Assembly: GCA_004554105.1 (NCBI GenBank)
Contig: SFNW01000004.1
Span: 1-39,304, forward strand
Direction: 5' to 3'
DNA length: 39,304 nucleotides
Origin: Clostridiales bacterium
GTDB taxonomy: Bacteria > Bacillota > Clostridia > Oscillospirales > CAG-272
Part shown: positions 8,225 through 15,835 of the stretch, piece after piece
Numbering within the stretch: the stretch's first letter is position 1
How the letters are laid out: each line of letters starts with the position of its first letter
The notes under the pieces: generated by a model
Told to the model about the DNA's origin: nothing
The model's database searches: none
The model's input: the letters and a program-made list of their open reading frames with translations, nothing else
Translations under genes and position numbers: made by a program

Positions 8225-9154
8225 ATGGAAAACCAAAACGCATTTGAACGGCTCGGCATCGAGCCGAAAAGCGGCAAGCTGACCCCCGACCAGATTGCCA
8301 AGGTCAAGGGACTCGGCTGCCTCAGGGACAAACGCTACGCGGATATTTTCAATGTCCGCGTCATCACCCGAAACGGCAAAATCACGAGTGACGAGCAGCG
8401 CACCGTCGCCGAGGCGGCAGACCGCTTCGGCTCGCATGAGGTCACGCTGACGACCCGACTGACGCTTGAAATTCAGGGCGTCCCCTACGATAAAATCCCC
8501 GAGCTTATCCTGTTTTTGAAAGAGCGCGGACTGGAGACCGGCGGCACGGGCGCAAAGGTGCGTCCGATCGTCTCCTGCAAGGGTACGACCTGCCAGTTCG
8601 GTCTGATTGACACCTTCGCCCTGAGCGAAAAGATTCACGAGCGGTTTTACGTCGGCTGTCACGACGTCGCCCTGCCGCACAAATTCAAGATTGCGGTCGG
8701 CGGCTGCCCGAACAACTGCGTCAAGCCCGACTTAAACGACCTCGGCATCATCGGTCAGCGCGTTTTCACGCCCGACCTTGACAAATGCCGCGGCTGTAAG
8801 AAATGCGCCGTGGAAGCAGCCTGCCCGATGAAGGCGGCGTCGCTCGTCGACGGAAAGATTCATATTGACCCGTCAAAATGCAACAACTGCGGCAGATGCA
8901 CGGGCAAATGCCCGTTCGGCGCGTTTGAGCGCGCAAGCGAGGGCTACAAGGTCTGCATCGGCGGTCGCTGGGGCAAAAAGACCGCCATGGGCAGACCGCT
9001 GTCGAAGCTTTTCACCGCCGAAGATGAAGTTCTCGCGGTGATTGACAAAGCGATTGCGCTGTTCCGCGACGAGGGCGTCAAGGGCGAACGCTTTGCGGAC
9101 ACGGTTGCGCGACTGGGATTTGAGAATGTGGAAAAGAAGCTCCTCGGCGAGTAA
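8225..9154 (+). CDS. AsrC-like small sulfite/nitrite reductase-type Fe-S protein (siroheme-type fold with inserted 2x[4Fe-4S] ferredoxin)
   Basis: ORF track, 309 aa. Diagnostic sequence: SCKGTTCQFG, VGGCPNNCVKPDLNDLGIIGQ, CRGCKKCAVEAACP, CNNCGRCTGKCP, CIGGRWGKK. The architecture matches anaerobic sulfite reductase subunit C. Confidence 0.7.
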   Translation: MENQNAFERLGIEPKSGKLTPDQIAKVKGLGCLRDKRYADIFNVRVITRNGKITSDEQRTVAEAADRFGSHEVTLTTRLTLEIQGVPYDKIPELILFLKERGLETGGTGAKVRPIVSCKGTTCQFGLIDTFALSEKIHERFYVGCHDVALPHKFKIAVGGCPNNCVKPDLNDLGIIGQRVFTPDLDKCRGCKKCAVEAACPMKAASLVDGKIHIDPSKCNNCGRCTGKCPFGAFERASEGYKVCIGGRWGKKTAMGRPLSKLFTAEDEVLAVIDKAIALFRDEGVKGERFADTVARLGFENVEKKLLGE

Positions 9155-10097
9155 ATCGGCGCGTATTGTCTGCTGCCTGCTTGTCCCGATGCTCCTGCTC
9201 GGAACGCTCGGCTGTGCGGGACGCGCCGAGCAGCCGTCAGGCGCGGCAAATCTCGCGTTCACCGACGACCTCGGCAGAACGGTTTCGCTCTCCGAAACGC
9301 CGAAGCGGGTCGCCGCCCTGCTCGGCAGCTTTGCCGAGGTCTGGACGCTTGCGGGCGGCAGCCTGTGCGCCGCCGCAGCAGATGCGTGGGAGGATTACGA
9401 CCTGCCGCTTGAAAATGCCGTCAGTCTCGGCGGCGCACATTCGCCGAGCGTCGAAACACTGCTTGCCGCCGCGCCGGATTTTGTGCTTGCCAGTGCCTCG
9501 ACCGCAGCCGACGTCGAACTGATGGGGACGCTTGAAGCGGCGGGCATTCCGACCGCCTACTTTGACGTCGACGACTTTGCGGATTATCTGCGTATGCTGA
9601 AGATCTGCACCGACCTCACGGGGCGCAAGGACTTGTACGAGCAAAACGGCGTCGCAGTAGGCAAGCGGATTGCGGAAATCAAAGCCGAATTTGCCGCGGC
9701 GAACTTACCCGAGGAAAAGAAAACCGTCCTTTTGCTGCGCGTGTCGTCGGGGCTTGTCAAAGCCAAGGGCAGCAACGGGACCGTGCTCGGCGAAATGCTC
9801 CGCGACCTCGGCTGTGTCAACATCGCGGACAGCGACGAGACCCTGCTCGAAACGCTGAGTGTCGAAAGCGTGATTCGCAGCGAGCCCTACCGCATTTTCG
9901 TTGTGCCGATGGGCAGTGACACCGACGCGGCAGCCGAAAACCTCAAGCGCATGATCGGTGAAAACCCGGCGTGGGGAACGCTTGCGGCAGTCGCCGAAAA
10001 CCGACTGCACCTCATGGACAGAAATCTCTTCAACCGCAAGCCGAACGCAAATTGGGGGACGGCGTATGAAACACTCACCGAAATCCTGCTCAAATAA
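9126..10097 (+). CDS. ABC transporter substrate-binding lipoprotein (FecB/BtuF, PBP type 2 family)
   Basis: The ORF track frame starts at 9042. The start is set at ATG 9126, giving MWKRSSSASKSARIVCCLLVPMLLLGTLGC (lipobox). PKRVAALLGSFAEVWTLAGG is typical of iron-siderophore/cobalamin binding proteins. Confidence 0.8.
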   Translation: MWKRSSSASKSARIVCCLLVPMLLLGTLGCAGRAEQPSGAANLAFTDDLGRTVSLSETPKRVAALLGSFAEVWTLAGGSLCAAAADAWEDYDLPLENAVSLGGAHSPSVETLLAAAPDFVLASASTAADVELMGTLEAAGIPTAYFDVDDFADYLRMLKICTDLTGRKDLYEQNGVAVGKRIAEIKAEFAAANLPEEKKTVLLLRVSSGLVKAKGSNGTVLGEMLRDLGCVNIADSDETLLETLSVESVIRSEPYRIFVVPMGSDTDAAAENLKRMIGENPAWGTLAAVAENRLHLMDRNLFNRKPNANWGTAYETLTEILLK

Positions 10098-11091
10098 CCG
10101 CAAACGAATCCGAGCGCTCTATCTGCTCGGATTTGTTTCGTTGCTTGCGGCGGCACTTCTCGGCGTCGCGCTCGGCGGCACGCCGCTGCCGTTCTCCGCG
10201 CTTTGGAAAGTGATGCGCGAGGGACTTACCGCCTCCGCCGACGGGCGCATTCTGCTCTATGTCCGTCTGCCGCGAACGGCGGCGGCACTGCTCTGCGGCG
10301 GTGCGCTCGCCGTTTCGGGCGCGGTCATTCAGGGCGTGCTTGCCAACCGTCTGGCGTCGCCAAGCATCATCGGCGTCAATGCGGGCGCGGGGCTTGCCGT
10401 CACGCTCTGCACCGCGCTCGGGATTTACGGCGGCTGGCGCATGGCGCTCGCCGCATTTCTCGGCGCGTTTGCTGCAGTGACGGTCGTCAGTCTCGGCGCA
10501 CGGAAATGGGGCGCGTCGCGCGGCACGGTCATTCTGCTCGGCGTGGCGATGAACAGCCTGCTCGGCGCGATTTCGGACGCAATGATCACCTTTTTCCCCG
10601 AGGTCGGCACGATGAGCCGCGACTTCAAGGTCGGGCAGTTTATGGCGGTGACCGGGCAAAAGCTGCTCCCCGCCGCGGTTTTGATTCTTCTTGCGCTCGC
10701 GATACTCCTGACCCTGACAAACGAGCTGGACGTGCTGACGCTCGGCGAGGACAGCGCACGCGGACTCGGCATGAACACATCGCGAATGCGCACGCTGTTT
10801 TTGCTGCTTGCCGCCCTGCTCGCGGGCTGCGCCGTCAGCCTTGCGGGACTGTTGTCCTTTGTGGGGCTTGTCGTCCCGCACGCCGTTCGTCGCGTCGCAG
10901 GCAGCAAGTCGTCGCATCTGCTCGGGCTGTGCGCACTGTTCGGCGCCGCGTTCATCTGCCTTTGCGACACGGCGGCGCGGACGCTGTTTGCGCCCTACGA
11001 GCTGCCGGTCGGCATTCTCATGGCGTTTCTCGGCGCGCCCTTCTTCGTCTTTATCTTAATCCGCGGCAAAGGAGGGCATTCGCGTGATTGA
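10066..11091 (+). CDS. FecCD-family ABC transporter permease
   Basis: The ORF track frame starts at 9958. The start is set at ATG 10066 (GGGGGA RBS). The protein is polytopic, with RLPRTAAALLCGGALAVSGAVIQGVLANRLASPSIIGVNAGAGL as the FecCD signature. Confidence 0.85.
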   Translation: MKHSPKSCSNNRKRIRALYLLGFVSLLAAALLGVALGGTPLPFSALWKVMREGLTASADGRILLYVRLPRTAAALLCGGALAVSGAVIQGVLANRLASPSIIGVNAGAGLAVTLCTALGIYGGWRMALAAFLGAFAAVTVVSLGARKWGASRGTVILLGVAMNSLLGAISDAMITFFPEVGTMSRDFKVGQFMAVTGQKLLPAAVLILLALAILLTLTNELDVLTLGEDSARGLGMNTSRMRTLFLLLAALLAGCAVSLAGLLSFVGLVVPHAVRRVAGSKSSHLLGLCALFGAAFICLCDTAARTLFAPYELPVGILMAFLGAPFFVFILIRGKGGHSRD

Positions 11092-11842
11092 ACTGCAAGA
11101 CCTCTGCGCCGGCTACGGCAAAAGGCAGATTCTGCACGGCATTTCGCTGTCGATTCATTCGGGCGAGCTGCTCTCGGTCATCGGTCCGAACGGCTCGGGC
11201 AAAAGCACGCTTCTAAAGGCGATTGTCGGTATTCTCCCGCCCGAAGCGGGCACGGTACTGCTCGACTCTGCGCGTGCGAACGCGCTTTCCCGCACCGAGG
11301 TGGCAAGAAAAATCGCCTACCTCGCGCAGGGCAAAAGCACGCCCGACATGACGGCGGAGCAGATGGTTCTGCACGGCAGATTCCCGCATCTGCACTACCC
11401 GCGCCGCTACAGTGCGCGCGACCGCGAAATCGCCGCCGCCGCGATGGAGCAGACCGGCATTTCGGCGTTTGCCGACCGACCGATGGCGTCGCTGTCGGGC
11501 GGTATGCGGCAAAACGCCTATATCGCCATGGCACTGGCGCAGGACGCCGACTATATTCTGCTCGACGAGCCGACGACCTATCTCGACATTGCGCATCAGC
11601 TTGAACTGATGAAAATGCTGCGAAGGCTCGCCGACGGCGGCAAGGGCGTTGCCGCCGTACTGCACGACCTCCCGCTCGCCTTTACCTTTTCGGACAGAGT
11701 CGCCGTCCTTGCAGACGGCGGCATCGCCGCCTGCGATACGCCTGCGGCGCTCTGCGAAAGCGGCGTCGTCAAGAAAATCTTCGGCGTCGAGCTTGTCGGC
11801 GACGGCGACGCGGGCTACCGCTACCGCTACCCGCTCGACTGA
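11084..11842 (+). CDS. ABC transporter ATP-binding protein (FecE/BtuD-like)
   Basis: ORF track, 252 aa. Walker A is GPNGSGKSTLLK, the signature motif is LSGGMRQ, and Walker B is ILLDEP. It overlaps the permease stop by 8 nt. Confidence 0.9.
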   Translation: MIELQDLCAGYGKRQILHGISLSIHSGELLSVIGPNGSGKSTLLKAIVGILPPEAGTVLLDSARANALSRTEVARKIAYLAQGKSTPDMTAEQMVLHGRFPHLHYPRRYSARDREIAAAAMEQTGISAFADRPMASLSGGMRQNAYIAMALAQDADYILLDEPTTYLDIAHQLELMKMLRRLADGGKGVAAVLHDLPLAFTFSDRVAVLADGGIAACDTPAALCESGVVKKIFGVELVGDGDAGYRYRYPLD

Positions 11843-11874
11843 TTTTCATTTCAAAATACAAAGGAGAAAAAACA

Positions 11875-12333
11875 ATGCTTGCAATCGGCGATAAAGCACC
11901 GCAGTTTACCTTAAGTGACAAGGACGGAAACCCCGTTTCGCTGTCGGATTTTCTCGGCAAGCGCGTCGTCCTCTATTTTTACCCGAAGGACAACACACCC
12001 GGCTGTACGCGGCAGGCGTGCGCCTTTGCGCAGAACTATCGGGCGTTTCGGGATAAGGGCGTCGAGGTCATCGGCGTCAGCCGGGACAGTGCCGCGTCGC
12101 ACACAAAGTTTGCGGAAAAGTACGACCTGCCCTTTATCCTGCTGTCCGACCCCGAGTTGACCGCAATTCAAGCCTACGGCGTCTGGCAGGAAAAGAAGCT
12201 GTACGGCAAAGTCAGCATGGGCGTGGTGCGCACCACGTTCCTCATCGACGCAGAGGGCAAAATCGAGAAAGTCATGCCCAAAGTCAAGCCCGACACCAAC
12301 GCCGCAGAGATTCTCGCTGCGCTGAATGTATAG
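11875..12333 (+). CDS. bcp: Thioredoxin-dependent thiol peroxidase (peroxiredoxin Bcp)
   Basis: ORF track, 152 aa. Diagnostic sequence: YFYPKDNTPGCTRQAC. Confidence 0.9.
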   Translation: MLAIGDKAPQFTLSDKDGNPVSLSDFLGKRVVLYFYPKDNTPGCTRQACAFAQNYRAFRDKGVEVIGVSRDSAASHTKFAEKYDLPFILLSDPELTAIQAYGVWQEKKLYGKVSMGVVRTTFLIDAEGKIEKVMPKVKPDTNAAEILAALNV

Positions 12334-12350
12334 TTGAAAAGTGCGGAATG

Positions 12351-12424
12351 TCGGGGCTTTGCCCCGAACCCCACACAAGGGGCTTTTTTGTAAAAAAGCC
12401 CCTTGTGAATCCGCAAAAAACTTT
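12351..12424 (+). repeat. Family D repeat, full-length copy D1
   Basis: The element reads tcggggc-ttt-gccccga accccacac aaggggcttttttgtaaaaaagcccctt gtgaatccgcaaaaaactt. It is near-identical to 30529-30600 and to the reverse complement of 25544-25614. Confidence 0.75.
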
Positions 12425-12466
12425 TAGGAAAAGGGGTAAGAACACGCCGCCGCTTCCAAATGCAAG

Positions 12467-12491
12467 AAAAACCGCCCGAACGGGCGGTTTT
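12467..12491 (+). terminator. Rho-independent terminator-like hairpin (first of two identical copies)
   Basis: aaaaaccgcccgaacgggcggtttt. The same hairpin occurs again at 12679-12705. Confidence 0.55.
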
Positions 12492-12508
12492 CAGGTTATG
12501 CGAAAACA

Positions 12509-12619
12509 GCCTCCCTCCTCGAGGGAGGTGGCACGACGAAGTCGTGACGGAAGGAGTTTGGCTTTGAACGCACTCCTTCAGTCGGCTCCGCCGACAGCTC
12601 CCTCGGCGAGGGAGCCTTT
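12509..12619 (+). repeat. Structured intergenic repeat, family A/B, copy B2
   Basis: The element reads gcctccctc-ctc-gagggagg / cacgac-gaa-gtcgtg / ggaaggagt..actccttc / gtcggc-tcc-gccgac / ctccctc-ggc-gagggag. Confidence 0.8.
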
Positions 12620-12678
12620 GTAAAATCGAGCTGCGGCACAAACCTTCAGCTACCTTAAAGATATATTCAAAGCAACGT

Positions 12679-12705
12679 AAAAAACCGCCCGAACGGGCGG
12701 TTTTT
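12679..12705. terminator. Bidirectional terminator hairpin (second copy), serving radC
   Basis: aaaaaaccgcccgaacgggcggttttt, with an A-run and a T-run on either side, 15 nt beyond the radC stop. Confidence 0.6.
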
Positions 12706-12719
12706 ACCTATTTTCACTT

Positions 12720-13448
12720 TTATTTTTCATAAAATGCGCTTGTCTTACCGCGCTGCCAGAACACGCCCTCGGTTTTCGAGAGCAGCGGCTCGTAGCGGTT
12801 ACCCGCCACCAGCAAATGCTCGAGAAATTCGACATTGACGCTGCGAAGGACATTTGCAATCTCCGCCGTCGTCGCGATGTCGTCCGCGGAGGGCGTCGCA
12901 CTGCCGTTCGGGTGATTGTGCGCCAACACGACCATCGAGACATTCGGGCGCAGACAATATTCAACAAGCTTGCGCGTTTCAAGCCGCACGCGGTTGACCG
13001 AGCCTTCGCCGACCTTGACCACGTCGAGCAGCCGATAGCTGTTGTCGAGCAGAACGAGATAAACCGTCTCGACCGTCACGCCGGTGTAATAGCGCACGAG
13101 CAGCTCCCCGATTTTGTTGAGGCTGTCGTACCGCTCGGTTGGCAGCGTCTCGCGCAGAGACGCGCGGTAAATTTCGGGAACGAGTTTTAACAGCGCGGCG
13201 GTATGCTCGCTGACGCCGTCAACCTGACACAACTCGTCCACCGAGGCGGAAAACACGCCCGACAGCGAGCCGAAGCGCTTGATGAGCGCGTGCGCAATCG
13301 GGTTGGTGTCGCGCTGCGGAATGGCATAAAACAAGAGCAGCTCGAGCATATTATGCTTCTCAAAGCCCGCAAGCCCCTCGCGCAGGAATCTGTCCTTCAG
13401 CCGTTTACGATGTCCGCCGTGCGGGTGTCCCGCATTTGAATTTGCCAT
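12720..13448 (-). CDS. radC: RadC-family JAB/MPN-domain protein with N-terminal HhH region
   Basis: The ORF track frame starts at 13496. The start is set at ATG 13448 (MANSNAGHPHGGHRKRLKDRF..). The JAMM-like motif is VVLAHNHPNGSATPSADD. Confidence 0.85.
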   Translation of the reverse strand: MANSNAGHPHGGHRKRLKDRFLREGLAGFEKHNMLELLLFYAIPQRDTNPIAHALIKRFGSLSGVFSASVDELCQVDGVSEHTAALLKLVPEIYRASLRETLPTERYDSLNKIGELLVRYYTGVTVETVYLVLLDNSYRLLDVVKVGEGSVNRVRLETRKLVEYCLRPNVSMVVLAHNHPNGSATPSADDIATTAEIANVLRSVNVEFLEHLLVAGNRYEPLLSKTEGVFWQRGKTSAFYEK

Positions 13449-13449
13449 A

Positions 13450-13875
13450 TCAGAGGAGTTTTTCAAAGGTCGCGGGGGTATAGACCTTGCAGTCAAACGC
13501 GCGGCTGCCGGGCGTGACTGTGGTTACACAGCCCTTGCCTATCTCCAGCGCGGGAACTTCGCCGTCGAGCAGCAGAAGTCCAACGCAGGGCTTGCCGTTC
13601 GGTCCCTCTGCAGGAAAATCGGGGCGCACCCACATATAGTCGCTGTCGCCGCCCTCTCCCTTGACCGTCAAGTAGCCGCCGACGCGATGGAAGTAGACGC
13701 GGTGCGCGTCCTCGCCGAGCGTCAGCACCTTAACCGCGTAATAGGTATCGGGCGTCTCGACGTAAAAATCGCATTTGCCACTGTCGTTTTTGCCGATGCC
13801 GAAGAGACTTGCCGCGCGGAATGCGTACCCCTTCTCCTTGCAGAGTTTTTTGATGCCGCCGAGCGAGATTGCCAT
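13450..13875 (-). CDS. Hypothetical protein (141 aa), translationally coupled to radC
   Basis: ORF track. The stop TGA (13452-13450) is 1 nt from the radC ATG, and GGGGGTG lies upstream of ATG 13875. No family was recognised and there is no TM segment. Confidence 0.55.
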   Translation of the reverse strand: MAISLGGIKKLCKEKGYAFRAASLFGIGKNDSGKCDFYVETPDTYYAVKVLTLGEDAHRVYFHRVGGYLTVKGEGGDSDYMWVRPDFPAEGPNGKPCVGLLLLDGEVPALEIGKGCVTTVTPGSRAFDCKVYTPATFEKLL

Positions 13876-13926
13876 AGCCGAACACCCCCATCAAAAGTCG
13901 TTTTCAAAATTCGTGCAGTCTGCGAC

Positions 13927-13955
13927 TTGCAATACACACCGCAATTTGGTATACT
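13927..13955 (+). promoter_or_regulatory. Near-consensus sigma-A promoter-like element reading toward rsmA, antisense to tRNA-Thr
   Basis: TTGCAA (13927-13932), 17-nt spacer, TATACT (13950-13955). Confidence 0.4.
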
Positions 13956-13981
13956 GAGTACGTCAAAACCGCACATAAAGC

Positions 13982-14006
13982 AAAAACCTCGCCGAGGCGA
14001 GGTTTT
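13982..14006 (-). terminator. Terminator downstream of tRNA-Thr
   Basis: aaaaa-cctcgc-cgag-gcgagg-tttt. On the minus strand the stem is followed by tttttgcttt. Confidence 0.6.
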
Positions 14007-14010
14007 CGGT

Positions 14011-14086
14011 TGGAGCTGGTAGCCGGACTTGAACCGGCGACCTGTTGATTACGAATCAACTGCTCTACCAACTGAGCCATACCAGC
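14011..14086 (-). tRNA. tRNA-Thr (anticodon CGU), CCA encoded
   Basis: The reverse complement folds as a cloverleaf: GCTGGTA-TG-GCTC-AGTTGGTA-GAGC-A-GTTGA-TTCGTAA-TCAAC-AGGTC-GCCGG-TTCAAGT-CCGGC-TACCAGC-T-CCA. Confidence 0.95.
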
Positions 14087-14095
14087 ACGCTCATT

Positions 14096-14125
14096 ATTAT
14101 ACTACAGGCTTTCCGCCTTTGTCAA
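14096..14125 (-). promoter_or_regulatory. Promoter for tRNA-Thr
   Basis: On the minus strand: TTGACA (14125-14120), 18-nt spacer, TATAAT (14101-14096), about 10 nt before the tRNA 5' end. Confidence 0.5.
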
Positions 14126-14135
14126 GGGGTAATTT

Positions 14136-15011
14136 ATGAATTTATGCGATATACGAACGGTGCGTGAACTGCTTGCGGCATTCGGCACGGGAACGAAAAA
14201 GGGCTTCGGGCAGAATTTTCTCATCAACGCCGCCGTGCCCGAGCGCATCGCCGAAGAATGCTGCGACGCGCGCGACAGCGTGATTGTCGAGGTCGGTCCG
14301 GGCATCGGCTGTCTGACGGCGGAGCTTGCGAAACGCTACAAGCGCGTCATCGCCTTTGAAATCGACAAGACGCTGATGCCTGTTCTGAAGTATACGCTCG
14401 GCAGCTTTTCCAATGTCGAGGTCATCAATGAGGACATCTTGAAGGTCGACCTTCCCGCCGTCCTCGCCGAAAAAGCGGCGGGCGAGCGCGTTTCGGTCTG
14501 CGCCAATCTTCCTTATTATATTACCACGCCGATTCTGATGCGCCTTGTCGAATGCGGCGCGGCGTTTGAGAGCATCACGGTGATGGTGCAGGCGGAGGTT
14601 GCCGCGCGGCTGACCGCCGCGCCCGGCAGCGCGGACTACGGCGCGATTACCGCCTCGCTCTGCTACTACGGCGTGCCGAAAAAACTCTTCACGGTGACGG
14701 CGGGCAACTTCATGCCCGCGCCCAAGGTCGATTCCGCCGTCGTGCGCATCGACCTCTACCGCGACAAGCCGGTAAAGCCGAAAAGCCCCGACCTCTTCTT
14801 CAAGGTGATTCGCGCGGCGTTCGGACAGCGGCGCAAGACGCTGACCAACGCGCTCGGCACGGCGTTTCCGACCCTTAATAAGGAGCAGCTTTCGGACGCG
14901 CTCACCTCGCTCGGCTTTGACCCCCGCATTCGCGGCGAGCGGCTCTCGACCGCCGAATTTGCGGCGCTCGCCGACGCGCTGCTGCCGCTTCTTCCCGATT
15001 CTACAAAATAA
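14136..15011 (+). CDS. rsmA: 16S rRNA (adenine1518/1519-N6)-dimethyltransferase
   Basis: ORF track, 291 aa. Diagnostic sequence: KKGFGQNFLIN, VVEVGPGIGCLT, ANLPYYITTP. Confidence 0.95.
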   Translation: MNLCDIRTVRELLAAFGTGTKKGFGQNFLINAAVPERIAEECCDARDSVIVEVGPGIGCLTAELAKRYKRVIAFEIDKTLMPVLKYTLGSFSNVEVINEDILKVDLPAVLAEKAAGERVSVCANLPYYITTPILMRLVECGAAFESITVMVQAEVAARLTAAPGSADYGAITASLCYYGVPKKLFTVTAGNFMPAPKVDSAVVRIDLYRDKPVKPKSPDLFFKVIRAAFGQRRKTLTNALGTAFPTLNKEQLSDALTSLGFDPRIRGERLSTAEFAALADALLPLLPDSTK

Positions 15012-15040
15012 TGCTCGAAACCGCTTGAAAGGACACCGTC

Positions 15041-15649
15041 ATGGCAAAACTCTACTTTAAGTTCGGCGCGATGGGCAGCTCCAAGACCGCGCAGGCGCTG
15101 ATGACCAAGTTCAACTATGAAGAAAAGGACAAGACCGTCTGGCTGATCAAGCCCGCGATAGACACGCGCGACGACCGCATCGAAAACGGGCGGCGCATCG
15201 CCGAGGCGCGCTCGCGCATCGGGCTGTTCGCCCCCGCCGACGCCGTCGCCGAGGGCGACGACCTGCTCGCGCTTTTCCGCGCACGCAGCGAAAGCGCGCC
15301 GACCGACGTCATCATCTGCGACGAATGCCAGTTCCTCACCGGAAAACAGGTCGAGCAGCTCAAATACATCGTCGACCGCTTTGACGTGCCGGTGCTCTGC
15401 TTCGGGCTTCGCGCCGACTTTCAGACCAAGATGTTCCCGGGCAGCAAGCGGCTGTTCGAGATTGCCGACAGCATTTCGGAAATCAAGTCGATTTGCCGCT
15501 GCGGCAGAAAGGCGACGGTCAACGCGCGCTTCGACGAAAACGGGAAGATTATCACCGAGGGCGCGCAGGTCTGCCTCGGCGGCAACGACAAATACGTCGG
15601 TATGTGCTACAAATGCTACTACGACCGCATTCACGGCGAAGAAATGTGA
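15041..15649 (+). CDS. tdk: Thymidine kinase
   Basis: ORF track, 202 aa. Diagnostic sequence: GAMGSSKT, ICDECQFL, and the C-terminal zinc ribbon CRCG..CYKCY. Confidence 0.95.
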   Translation: MAKLYFKFGAMGSSKTAQALMTKFNYEEKDKTVWLIKPAIDTRDDRIENGRRIAEARSRIGLFAPADAVAEGDDLLALFRARSESAPTDVIICDECQFLTGKQVEQLKYIVDRFDVPVLCFGLRADFQTKMFPGSKRLFEIADSISEIKSICRCGRKATVNARFDENGKIITEGAQVCLGGNDKYVGMCYKCYYDRIHGEEM

Positions 15650-15677
15650 CCGTCGCGTGAATTTTTGCAAACCTCGC

Positions 15678-15706
15678 TTGACAAATTTTGCACGATATGG
15701 TATACT
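15678..15706 (+). promoter_or_regulatory. Consensus sigma-A promoter of the riboswitch/ATPase transcript
   Basis: TTGACA (15678-15683), 17-nt spacer, TATACT (15701-15706). Confidence 0.65.
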
Positions 15707-15716
15707 GCTGTCTGTT

Positions 15717-15803
15717 CCGTGAGGGAGTAGTCGGCGCGAAGGCGCTTCGATGCCAACAACCGACCGTTTTGGTCTGGCGCGAATGAAATGACAAGACTCA
15801 TGG
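15717..15803 (+). promoter_or_regulatory. yybP-ykoY (Mn2+) riboswitch-like aptamer
   Basis: 5' CCGUGAG-GGAGUAG and 3' GACAAGA-CUCAUGG: P1 (CCGUGAG/CUCAUGG) closes two internal stem-loops (GCGC-GAAG-GCGC and GCCA..GACC-GUUUU-GGUC..UGGC). GGAGUAG and CAAGAC resemble the conserved L1/L3 strands of the family. The 3' P1 strand is shared with the downstream terminator. Confidence 0.65.
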
Positions 15804-15835
15804 ATAGGCAGTTGTCTATCCATGAGTCTTTTTAT
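15794..15835 (+). terminator. Intrinsic terminator (expression platform) overlapping riboswitch P1
   Basis: agactcatggatag-gcagttgt-ctatccatgagtct followed by ttttatt. Confidence 0.75.

Noticed and set aside
9166-9522. Alternative-frame ORF 9166..9522 + (MSAACLSRCS..) as the true start of the binding protein.
   Set aside because: It is in a different frame from the conserved FecB/BtuF-like body. The frame starting at ATG 9126 gives a proper signal peptide and lipobox.
12174-12641. ORFs that run through repeat elements: 12174..12641 -, 12348..12623 +, 3437..3619 -, 28189..28395 +, 30580..30885 +, 30606..30995 +, 25370..25702 -.
   Set aside because: They are translations of the A/B, C, D and E repeats and terminator hairpins. 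They are palindromic, have no RBS, and the frame is not conserved between copies.
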